64,000 bases of DNA. Origin: Williopsis jadinii (Eukaryota). Shown here one piece after another: positions 55,597 through 64,000 of this stretch. Position 1 is the first letter of the stretch; each line of letters starts with the position of its first letter. Location: NCBI GenBank assembly GCA_024346625.1, contig AP024664.1:3534001-3598000 (forward strand), read 5' to 3'. The notes beneath the pieces are model-generated. The model worked only from the letters and a program-made list of their open reading frames with translations, was not told where the DNA came from and did not search any database. A program made the position numbers and the translations under genes.

Positions 55597-55884
55597 ACTT
55601 GCAAAATCCCCACTCAGGTTCAAATGCTCCGCGGTCTTATATTTGCTTGATAGAGATGTGTCAAAAGGGAGAAAGCGGAATGTTATGTACCATAGAAGGA
55701 GGATCAACATCCCGGTTGTGTGTGTCATTAACCGTGAGCTGCGGGTTGGGTCGTGCGAGAAACGACACATAGGCATCCCTGCCACATCTATAGGGACAAT
55801 TGCGGTGGAAATTGATGACATGGCATCCACACACCACAATCCACACCCTAAACCACACAAGTGCTCTTAGCTCCAGATTGCAAC

Positions 55885-56370
55885 ATGTTTAGGAACTGTG
55901 TTAGACCACTGGTGTCAGCTAGACGTGCAACCCTTACACAGCCGGCGAGATTCTATGCTGCAAGTACACATGGGCGTGTTTTGATCAGGGCCAGACAGCT
56001 CATAAAGGAGCAGACCGAGTACCGGCAACTCCCTGACGACTCTCAGTACATCGAGAAGTTCTACAACGAGCTAAGTACCTTCCACGATGAATTGAAAGGC
56101 AACAAGGGGATACCGCAGAGCTCCTTCTCAGAGTTCGAGGACAACCCCAACGCGCTGATCGCCACACTGGAGGACTTCATACAGGACAAGATCCTATCCG
56201 TGTACGGGGGTCGAGTGGATTCCGGCGCAAAGGTTGTCATCCAACGGTATGGCGAGTTCCTCCACAATGTGAAGACCACGCTGATACTGAACGGTGGCCA
56301 TCCTTTCATATTTGACGTTCTGATCCAGAACAAGCAGTTATTTGATGGGTTTGATAAAGGACGCGGGTAA
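55885..56370 (+). CDS. FMP23: Mitochondrial protein Fmp23-like
   Basis: Presequence-like N-terminus; EYRQLPDDSQYIEKFYNEL, TLILNGGHPFIFDVL. Confidence 0.85.
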   Translation: MFRNCVRPLVSARRATLTQPARFYAASTHGRVLIRARQLIKEQTEYRQLPDDSQYIEKFYNELSTFHDELKGNKGIPQSSFSEFEDNPNALIATLEDFIQDKILSVYGGRVDSGAKVVIQRYGEFLHNVKTTLILNGGHPFIFDVLIQNKQLFDGFDKGRG

Positions 56371-56579
56371 TCGGGGTGTTCGCAGCGTAGTTTCGCCTGG
56401 CACGCGCTATTAGATGTTGCTGTATTAAACGAGGGGGACAGGTTTCTTTTCTTTCTTTCTTCCATCAAGCACAAGATGCATTGGTTTGTAACTAGGCACG
56501 TCATATAACTATCCAACTGTTCCCGTAGTTTTCTTTTCTCTCCTGCCATAGATCTCCATCTGTTATCAAGGCGCCAATC

Positions 56580-56918
56580 ATGTCCTCCACACTAGAACGG
56601 TATGATATGCCCGACATTGACAGCGTTACATCTAACGTTGGCCGCACGGAGACTGCTGATGATTTGAGAAGAGAGCTCACACGGGCAACCACGAGAGACG
56701 TCAACACCCCAGAGAACGCCAGGGCCTTCCCAGAGGAGTACACCGTGGAGACGGAAACCGGGCTGGTCAAGACGCAAACCGTCAGGGAGGCCAAAGGGTC
56801 TCAGTACAGGGGCGGGCTGGACCCTAAGAAGGTCAACAAGGCCATAGAGAAGAACAGAAGGGCACTACAAGGCGGAGGCGGCTTCTGGAGTAAGCTGAAG
56901 AGAAAGATCGGCATGTGA
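56580..56918 (+). CDS. Small conserved protein, YGR126W-like
   Basis: FPEEYTVETETGLVK, KAIEKNRR; directly upstream of the YGR127W/TANGO2 homolog as in S. cerevisiae. Confidence 0.7.
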   Translation: MSSTLERYDMPDIDSVTSNVGRTETADDLRRELTRATTRDVNTPENARAFPEEYTVETETGLVKTQTVREAKGSQYRGGLDPKKVNKAIEKNRRALQGGGGFWSKLKRKIGM

Positions 56919-57400
56919 AGCCTGTATGGATGTATATATTTCATATAGAAAGTGCAGCTTTGGAAACCATTTAATCGTTAATGAATAATCGCCCTGGAAA
57001 TGTGTCAACTGTATCACAACAGCACGAGCTGTGTGCGTTGGTCAGTGCTGAGCAATCAGCGCAAACCAGGGCAATCTGCCGTCATCACGTGCTCAAACTC
57101 GGTCAGATCCTTCACTTCCAATCATCAAACGTAGTTGTTTAGAGCCGGCAACAGCACTGCCAGCGCCCCCGAGCCCATTGTTCGAGGTAGAACGAAGTAA
57201 CGGCGCGCGCTCCCTGTCCCCCCCCCTTATCAAAACTCCGTGAGCCAAGGTCCCGCTAATTTGTTCTAAACCCCACACAGGCCCCGGTTACAACAGGCTC
57301 AAACTGACTGCCCACACGGGTGCACTTTGCGAGTGGAGTACTCTAATTTCTTCTGCTTACTCTTAGATGATGCTGATCTTGAAGCTGTGAGCCATAGACA

Positions 57401-58279
57401 ATGTGTATACTGCTTATAACCAACGCGCATCCTCAGTTCCCCTTCATACTGTGTTCCAATAGGGACGAGTTTTTAGCCAGGCCTACGCACACAGCGCACC
57501 AGCATGTGTACAACGGCATGGCGGTCTTCTCGCCTCAGGACCTTGCTCGTGTGGATCACGGCACATGGATAGCGTTGAATCCACAGACCGGCCAGCTGGC
57601 GGTTCTGGTGAATTACAGAGAGGGCCCTAAGCTCACGGTCAACCCTGTGTCTAGAGGAGTTCTTCCTTTGGAGTACGTGACCAGTTTGAAGAGGTCGAGG
57701 TGTGGGTTCCTGAACGAGCTGAGGGCAAAGTTCGGCAGCGACGTACTTGAGGATATTGGCGGGTTTAGCCTGATGTTTGGTACGATAGGCGGGTCGTTTG
57801 ACGTTGTGAGTAACAAGACAGCTGATGATTTCAAGGTGTTCGTGGAGCCTGGCGAAGTTCATGGCTTGAGCAATTCCAAGTTTGACCAGCCATGGGAGAA
57901 AGTTAACATTGGAGAGCACAAGTTACGAGAGGTGTTGGACATGGGGATAACGAACAAGGACGAGCTGGTTGAAGAACTGTTCAAAGTGTTAAGTCTTGAT
58001 ACGATGAGAAACATCACCAACGATTACGAGGCAAACTACCGCAACATTGAAAACAGCATTTTCATCCCTCCTCTACTTGTGAGGGACTACACCAGAGGGA
58101 ACGTACTGGCTGGGAAGTACTACGGGACGAGAACCCAAACCGTCATATTGCAGGATTTGAAAGGCTCAATAACCTATATTGAAAGGAATCTCCACTCCAG
58201 CGATGATCTCGAAGAAAAGCCACAACAACGCTCATTTGAATTCACAATCCCAAACGTTACGAAGTCCTATTTCCACTAA
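57401..58279 (+). CDS. TANGO2/NRDE family protein (YGR127W-like)
   Basis: MCI.. N-terminus, SNRDEF.ARPT, GTWI, SRG.LP, HGLSNS..D.PW.KV, YYGTRTQTVIL. Confidence 0.92.
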   Translation: MCILLITNAHPQFPFILCSNRDEFLARPTHTAHQHVYNGMAVFSPQDLARVDHGTWIALNPQTGQLAVLVNYREGPKLTVNPVSRGVLPLEYVTSLKRSRCGFLNELRAKFGSDVLEDIGGFSLMFGTIGGSFDVVSNKTADDFKVFVEPGEVHGLSNSKFDQPWEKVNIGEHKLREVLDMGITNKDELVEELFKVLSLDTMRNITNDYEANYRNIENSIFIPPLLVRDYTRGNVLAGKYYGTRTQTVILQDLKGSITYIERNLHSSDDLEEKPQQRSFEFTIPNVTKSYFH

Positions 58280-59191
58280 TCACAAGAGGAGCTCTAGCTT
58301 CCCAATAGTGACTCGTGCAAACTCCATACTCTTTGAAACGCAGAAACTATGCGTGTATTCCTCTGTCATCAATACATCAACATCTATGCCCTCTGTCTCC
58401 GTGAACATCTGCACCAATCTATCGCGTGTAGAGTCCTTGATCCAGTGATCTCCCTCAGTGAACACACACCATATATCTCCACTTGTCTGCACAAACCACT
58501 GCGATTGGTATCCCCAAAGGTCACGGATCGTACCCATCTCCTCTGTTGCCAACCCCAGAGCCTGCCTTATGAACCCAGGGCTTGTCACCAGCAGATTGGT
58601 GCACTGGATACTGTCCTCATTCCCATCTTTAAGGACGGTATGTAGTAGGGAGGTCATCCATCTAGTTGGAATGTACTGTGTCAAATACCCGAGGTAGCCA
58701 ACGCCATGGGCAAAGGAGGTGAGATTGGACACCACAGGACTCAGCTTTGAGCCCTTTGCACTCTGGTTGATCTCCACAATCGTGGGCATCAGCAACCCGT
58801 GGAATCTCCAGTCCAACTGCGGCAGTCTCTCAACGCATCGTTGCAGTACATAGCAGCCCACAGAGTGTCCCATGATGAACACCGGCCTACCGGTGTACTT
58901 CTCTAATAACGACACCTTATGTTCTATCTGGTCATCAAGTGTAAACACCTCGTCCACAGGACCGTCCAGCGAACTGAACCCGCAATGCGATATGCCCAGG
59001 ATCTCCAATTCTGGGAACCTACTGTGGATTGCCTGTAGATAAACGGTATAGTAGTTGATGAACCCGGGATTCCCAGGCAGGAAAACAAGCAATGGGCTCC
59101 TCGAGTTCGAATTGATACCCGGTGTAAAGTGTAACACCGTAGCCGCCACGTCTCTTCCCTTAACAGTAGACACAACCTGCTTTAACGACAT
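58280..59191 (-). CDS. Lipid droplet-associated alpha/beta hydrolase (LDAH/YPR147C-like)
   Basis: LLVFLPGNPGFINYY, LDDQIEHK, GHSVG nucleophile elbow, DHW, HSFC; first ATG at 59191. Confidence 0.88.
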   Translation of the reverse strand: MSLKQVVSTVKGRDVAATVLHFTPGINSNSRSPLLVFLPGNPGFINYYTVYLQAIHSRFPELEILGISHCGFSSLDGPVDEVFTLDDQIEHKVSLLEKYTGRPVFIMGHSVGCYVLQRCVERLPQLDWRFHGLLMPTIVEINQSAKGSKLSPVVSNLTSFAHGVGYLGYLTQYIPTRWMTSLLHTVLKDGNEDSIQCTNLLVTSPGFIRQALGLATEEMGTIRDLWGYQSQWFVQTSGDIWCVFTEGDHWIKDSTRDRLVQMFTETEGIDVDVLMTEEYTHSFCVSKSMEFARVTIGKLELLL

Positions 59192-59413
59192 ATCCTCCCC
59201 GTCCAATTTTACTGGCGGTCCACCTGCGCTCAGAGCGCCTAGGCGGAGAGAGAGAGGCTTCAGCGGTAGCGAAATACGGTAATTGGACAGAGCCTCCGTT
59301 GAGAGAGAGGAGCGCGGCAGAGAAATAGAAGGAGAAAAAAACTTCGAACCCCCTTAACAAAACAACACAATCAGCTTACAACAGAGGGTCATCTTCTACA
59401 CAACAACCAAGTA

Positions 59414-59708
59414 ATGTCTGACTACCCAGTGTATTTCCGTGAGCCTATCCGTGTAAGTGGATTTTGTATTTGAGGGCAACGGTTCAGGCCAAGTACTAAC
59501 GACGCTTGCGTAGTGGTGCCGTTACCATGCACACAACCGTCCACACATCTTCTTCTCCGTGGCCATTGGTGTTGCTGGTCCTATTCTTGCTCTAACGCTG
59601 ACTCCGTTGAGACGCAAGTTCTTGTTTGAGGACCACGAGCCTGTTCCATTCTCATATCCTCTGCCAAACAGAGCTAGAGATGCAACGTTGAAAGGGTACG
59701 ACGACTGA
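59414..59708 (+). CDS. Complex I 9.5 kDa subunit (NI9M/NDUFA3-like); two exons (59414-59452, 59514-59708), 77 aa
   Basis: Absent from the ORF track. Spliced product MSDYPVYFREPIRWCRYHAHNRPHIFFSVAIGVAGPILALTLTPLRRKFLFEDHEPVPFSYPLPNRARDATLKGYDD. Confidence 0.9.
59453..59513 (+). other. Spliceosomal intron, 61 nt, phase 0
   Basis: GTAAGT donor, TACTAAC at 59494-59500, TAG acceptor. Confidence 0.9.
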
Positions 59709-59902
59709 AGGAGAGAGTTTTCCCTAGTAGTATACACACATATTTATTCACTCGGCCCCTTTTTTGTTTATCATTGCACTTCTCAATTATTTATTCTATT
59801 TATTACATTGAACATACCTTCTATTTTTATACAAGTATGTGTATTTTGTATTTACAGGGTTGTTTCTAAAACTGATGCGAGTGTTTTCTGCGTGAACGAA
59901 GA

Positions 59903-60772
59903 TCACCACTTGTAATGGCCCTCGAGCTTGAATCTCAGCTTTTCGTTTGGCAACTGTGAGATGGCCTTCTTCTTCAACTCCTTCTGTTCCTTTTCCCATG
60001 CCAATCTCTTTTGTGTCTGTGGGGTCTTGAGAACGGCCCTCACATGGATATATGGGTGGTGAATGATACCCGTTCTACCTCTTCCCTTTGGATCAACCCT
60101 CTTTCTCCACATTCCATCGGAACCACACCAGATCTGTGAGATGTACAGCTCCTTAGCGTCAAGACCAAGCTGATGGGCTTCTTCGACACCTTCTTGCAGT
60201 AGTTTGGAAACTTCCTTACCAATCTTCTTCGAGTGGAACTGACCTTGTGTGATGGCCTCGTTGACGTTCATGCCAGACACAAATCTCAAAAAGATGGTGG
60301 CCTTCTTCCAAGAGGACTTCAATCTGAAAGACTTCAGATACATAGAAGGCTCTAAGGCCTCCAGCTCTCTAGCAGAGAGTTTCAGCTTGTACTTCTCTCC
60401 AGTTGTCAGCGTTACCGGCTCGTTGTTCTTGAAGAATCCATTCTGCTTGACATTGGCCTCGTAAATCTGCTGCTTGAGCGGAGTCAAAAGCTTCGCAACG
60501 GCGCTCTTTGGCGTATGGCCTATGAACTCCTGCAGTTTTGTATCGTTGTTCAGAGTCACCTTACTAACATCAAACTCCTCATCGGCATTACCCATGCTCT
60601 GCAGGGAATCAGAGAAGTCACGCTTGGATCTGTTGTTCTCCGGTTGTACTTCTGTTACATCGCCAAAGATCGAAGACGACTTCTCCTGTAATACAGCGCT
60701 GGACGAGCTGAACGGACGCGCACCGAAAACGCTTCTCTTCAACAGAGCTAAAGGTCTAAATCTAACACTCAT
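59903..60772 (-). CDS. MRPL22: Mitochondrial ribosomal protein uL22m
   Basis: Presequence; ELEALEPSMYLKSFRLKSSWKKAT.FLR, LYISQIWCGSDG.W.KR.D.KGRGR.GII.HPYIHV. Confidence 0.92.
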   Translation of the reverse strand: MSVRFRPLALLKRSVFGARPFSSSSAVLQEKSSSIFGDVTEVQPENNRSKRDFSDSLQSMGNADEEFDVSKVTLNNDTKLQEFIGHTPKSAVAKLLTPLKQQIYEANVKQNGFFKNNEPVTLTTGEKYKLKLSARELEALEPSMYLKSFRLKSSWKKATIFLRFVSGMNVNEAITQGQFHSKKIGKEVSKLLQEGVEEAHQLGLDAKELYISQIWCGSDGMWRKRVDPKGRGRTGIIHHPYIHVRAVLKTPQTQKRLAWEKEQKELKKKAISQLPNEKLRFKLEGHYKW

Positions 60773-60950
60773 TATCCAGCTCTCTCTACCGCCCTTTGTT
60801 GTTTACAACACTTCTCCTCTTCTTTTGTGGTTCTTCCTGAACATCGTCGAAGGATTTTTTTTTCTGCCGCCGGTTGTGAGACTCGGTGTCATTTATGCCC
60901 TCGGAATTCATTGTTATTGTTGTTTTGTGTGTGGTTTTGGTGTTCGTCCT

Positions 60951-60959
60951 GGTGGCGAC
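60951..60959 (+). promoter_or_regulatory. PACE-like (Rpn4) site upstream of RPN2
   Basis: GGTGGCGAC about 170 bp upstream of a proteasome subunit ATG. Confidence 0.6.
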
Positions 60960-61125
60960 AATTTTCAACGCTTCTGACAACCAAAACAAAACACAGATAA
61001 AGGAATACGATCCAACACCAACATCAAGAATCACGAGGAGGGCGCTTGAGTTACCAACACACGGCGGCACGTATTATTCACTTCTAAGGTATACACAGAG
61101 AGAAAGCGGAACAAATACATACAGC

Positions 61126-63936
61126 ATGGCCACAAGTACTGCTGCTCCTTATTTGGCGCTATTGGGGGAACAGGATTCAGAGCTCAAGAAGTATGCGCTC
61201 CAGGGAATCAACGGCGTTGTTGATGAGTTCTGGTCCGAGGTGGCGAACGACATTCTAACGATCGAGGAGATCTATGAGGATGAGTCGTTTACGGAGCGTA
61301 AGCTGGCGGCGTTGATTGCGTCGAAGGTTTACTACAACTTGGGGGATTTCGAAACCTCTGTGAAGTTTGCCCTCGTTGCGGGCGAAGAGTTCAACATCAA
61401 TGAGGACTCCCAATTCGTCGAAACCATAACGTCAAAGGCAATTGATCAGTACATTGCGCTGAAAAGACGTGAATTCGAGAGCGAATCTGTGGAGATTCCA
61501 CAGCAGTTGGAGAACATTTTTGAAGCAATGCTTGCAAAGGCTACAAAAGCCCATGATTTGAAACTCGTTGTCGGTATTGCACTTGATGCCTACAGACTGG
61601 ACATTGTTGAGAAAGTCATCAACAGTGAGCTGAGCAATGAAGACAGCGTCCTGGCTCTCATTGGGTATGCATTGAACATTGCAACGTCTATTATCGACAG
61701 CACAACTTTCAGAACCCAAATCTTGAATTCACTGGTAAAGATCCTCACCGGGTTGAAATCTCCAGATTTTTTCATTGTGTCCAAGATCATTGTGAACTTG
61801 AATGACGATAAACTCGCCACCCACTTGTTTACAAATCTTCTGGAATCTAAAGATACGAATTCGAGACTCATTGCATACCAAGTTGCATTTGATTTAGTTA
61901 ATTCTGCCTCCCAGGAGCTACTTGATAAGGCCATTGTCGCTTTGGAGAAATTCAACAAGGATGGTGAAGATATTGTTATTTCAAAGATAACCAAGATCCT
62001 TTCTGGTATTCCAACTTGTGACTTCGATATTACATTCTTGCACAAGAATAATAACACAGACATTCAAATCTTGAACAAGGCGAAGGAATCTCTCGACGGA
62101 AGAAATTCCATCTTCCACTCGGCAATTACATTTGAAAATGCCTTTTTGCATGCTGGAACTACAGACGATTCATGGATTAGATCCAACTTGGAATGGTTGG
62201 GAAAGGCTACAAACTGGTCAAAGTTCAGTGCAACCGCGGCATTGGGTGTTATTCACAAGGGTAACTTGTCCTTGGGAAGAAAAATCTTACAACCGTACTT
62301 GCCAGGAAGTTCCGGTTCCAATTTCACAAAGGGTGGTTCCTTGTATGCTCTTGGGTTGATCTTTGCTGGCCACGGTAGAGAAACTATTGAGTACTTGAGA
62401 AAACACATTGTAGAAAATGGTTCATCCGCAGGCACTGAGGATGTAGACCTGCTCTTGCACGGTGCTGCATTGGGTGTTGGTGTTGCTGGTATGGGATCAG
62501 GTAATGAAGAGATTTACGAAGAGTTAAAAGTTGTATTGTACTCAGATTCAGCAACTTCCGGAGAAGCTGCTGCTATGGGTATGGGTCTTGTGATGCTGGG
62601 ATCTGGAAATGAGGCTGCTCAAGAGGACATGTTGGCTTATGCTGAAGAAACACAACACGAAAACATTATTCGTGGTTTAGCCGTGGGTCTTGCCTTGTTA
62701 AACTATGGCCGCGAGGAGAAAGCAGATGATATCATCAACAAGTTGTTGGAACACCAAGATCCAATATTGCGTTTTGGTGGTGCCTACAACATTGCGTTAG
62801 CATATGCTGGTACCGGTAACAACAAAGCTATTAAGAAGTTACTTCATGTCGCAGTTTCAGATTCTAACGACAATGTTAGAAGAGCATCCGTTATTGCATT
62901 AGGTTTTGTTCTTATCCGTGATTATCAAACTGTTCCAAGAATCGTTGAATTACTCTCGGAATCCCATAATCCTCATGTGCGTTACGGTACTGCAATGGCG
63001 TTGGGTATCTCATGCGCCGGCCGTGGATTACCACAAGCTGTTGAGGTTTTGATGCCATTGACCAAGGATCCAGTTGATTTTGTTCGTCAAGGTGCCCTTA
63101 TTGCTTTGGCCATGATATTAATTCAACAAAATGAGAAGAGCTACCCTAAAGTCAAAGAAGTTCGTGAGCTCTATGCGTCAATGGTTGGTAGTAAAACACA
63201 AGATGCGTTGGCAAAGTTTGGCGCTGCTCTTTCACAAGGAATAATAGATGCTGGCGGTCGTAACGTTACAATTCAGTTAGAGAACAGTGCCACCGGTACC
63301 TTGAACACCAAAGCTATTGTTGGATTGGCCGTTTTCACACAGTTTTGGTATTGGTTCCCATACACACACTTTTTATCGTTGGCCTTCACACCAACTTCTA
63401 TAATTGGTGTTCGAGAAGATTTAAAGATTCCAGAGTTTGAAATTCAATGTCATGCAAAGAATTACTTCTTTGATTACCCTCCAAAGATTAAGGAGGAGAA
63501 GGGCCTTGTATATGAGAAGGTTGAATCCGCTGTTCTCTCCACCACTGCAAAGGCTAAGGCCAGAGCTAAGAAATCCAATAAGGACAAGGATGATGAGATG
63601 GACATTGATGAGAAACCAAAAGCAGATGAAAAACCAAAGGAGGAGGAGAAGACGGAAGAAGAGGAGGAAGATACCACCATCAAGTACTGTAAGACACCGT
63701 ACAAGCTCAACAATGCTACCAGGGTTTTACCAACACAACTGAAATACATTTCTTTCAGCAAGGATGCAAGATTTGTGCCTGTGCGTAAATTCAGAGGCAA
63801 CGGAGGTGTTGTTGTGTTGGTGGATAGAACCCCAGAGGAACCAGTCAAAGTCATCAAAACTGTTCGACAACTAAACAACAAGGATGCTCCATTACCAAAG
63901 CCATTCAAGTTGGAACCGACAGAGGCTGATGAGTAA
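61126..63936 (+). CDS. RPN2: 26S proteasome regulatory subunit Rpn2
   Basis: TAAPYLALL.E.D..LK.YAL, WLGKATNWSKFSATAALGVIHKGN, PC repeats, KKLLHVAVSD.ND.VRR, ESHNPHVRYG. Confidence 0.96.
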   Translation: MATSTAAPYLALLGEQDSELKKYALQGINGVVDEFWSEVANDILTIEEIYEDESFTERKLAALIASKVYYNLGDFETSVKFALVAGEEFNINEDSQFVETITSKAIDQYIALKRREFESESVEIPQQLENIFEAMLAKATKAHDLKLVVGIALDAYRLDIVEKVINSELSNEDSVLALIGYALNIATSIIDSTTFRTQILNSLVKILTGLKSPDFFIVSKIIVNLNDDKLATHLFTNLLESKDTNSRLIAYQVAFDLVNSASQELLDKAIVALEKFNKDGEDIVISKITKILSGIPTCDFDITFLHKNNNTDIQILNKAKESLDGRNSIFHSAITFENAFLHAGTTDDSWIRSNLEWLGKATNWSKFSATAALGVIHKGNLSLGRKILQPYLPGSSGSNFTKGGSLYALGLIFAGHGRETIEYLRKHIVENGSSAGTEDVDLLLHGAALGVGVAGMGSGNEEIYEELKVVLYSDSATSGEAAAMGMGLVMLGSGNEAAQEDMLAYAEETQHENIIRGLAVGLALLNYGREEKADDIINKLLEHQDPILRFGGAYNIALAYAGTGNNKAIKKLLHVAVSDSNDNVRRASVIALGFVLIRDYQTVPRIVELLSESHNPHVRYGTAMALGISCAGRGLPQAVEVLMPLTKDPVDFVRQGALIALAMILIQQNEKSYPKVKEVRELYASMVGSKTQDALAKFGAALSQGIIDAGGRNVTIQLENSATGTLNTKAIVGLAVFTQFWYWFPYTHFLSLAFTPTSIIGVREDLKIPEFEIQCHAKNYFFDYPPKIKEEKGLVYEKVESAVLSTTAKAKARAKKSNKDKDDEMDIDEKPKADEKPKEEEKTEEEEEDTTIKYCKTPYKLNNATRVLPTQLKYISFSKDARFVPVRKFRGNGGVVVLVDRTPEEPVKVIKTVRQLNNKDAPLPKPFKLEPTEADE

Positions 63937-64000
63937 AACCGTTGAATCAATCAAATAACCGACAAAATCAAAGTAAAACCAATGCTACTAGTTAGACTGA

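Noticed and set aside
55597..55860. 88 aa N-terminal extension of MOH1 containing in-frame ATGs
   Set aside because: Covers nearly the whole divergent promoter shared with FMP23; yippee proteins begin at the MGL motif.
60886..61125. Hydrophobic 77-80 aa N-terminal extension of RPN2 (in-frame ATG at 60895)
   Set aside because: The Val/Ile run derives from GTT-rich promoter sequence. It overlaps the PACE-like site, so it is probably upstream of the TSS. Conserved Rpn2 starts at 61126.

Overview
Gene-dense 64 kb nuclear segment from a budding yeast (Saccharomycotina). CTG falls at conserved Leu positions, so the code is standard and this is not the CTG clade. It encodes respiratory complex I subunits, has short TACTAAC-type introns and is about 45% GC, which fits a Cyberlindnera/Phaffomycetaceae-type yeast (inference). 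It holds about 32 protein genes, including POX1, DUG1, RRT12, CPS1, NAT4, YND1, PTA1, two tandem RNase T2 genes, an RNR large-subunit paralog, MEI5, RET1, TFB2, DCP2, ERG4, NOP13, TDA7, MOH1, FMP23, TANGO2, MRPL22 and RPN2, plus 4 tRNA genes (Gly, Phe, Cys, Asn). Four intron-split genes are missed or mis-started by the ORF track: the NDUFB2-like and NI9M/NDUFA3-like complex I subunits, TFB2 and DCP2. No intact mobile element or CRISPR was found. Main points of interest: (1) a catalytically intact RNR large subunit whose ATP-cone feedback residues are replaced, head-to-head with meiotic MEI5; (2) a duplicated RNase T2 pair in which only the secreted-type copy has a cluster of Pho4-type boxes; (3) a weak-branchpoint, stop-containing intron in DCP2, a possible NMD autoregulation switch; (4) mitochondrial-presequence-like in-frame extensions on DUG1 and ERG4; (5) a 6.5 kb gene desert with a low-GC core, either a candidate regional centromere or a long regulatory region. 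All family assignments come from remembered motifs; no database search was run.
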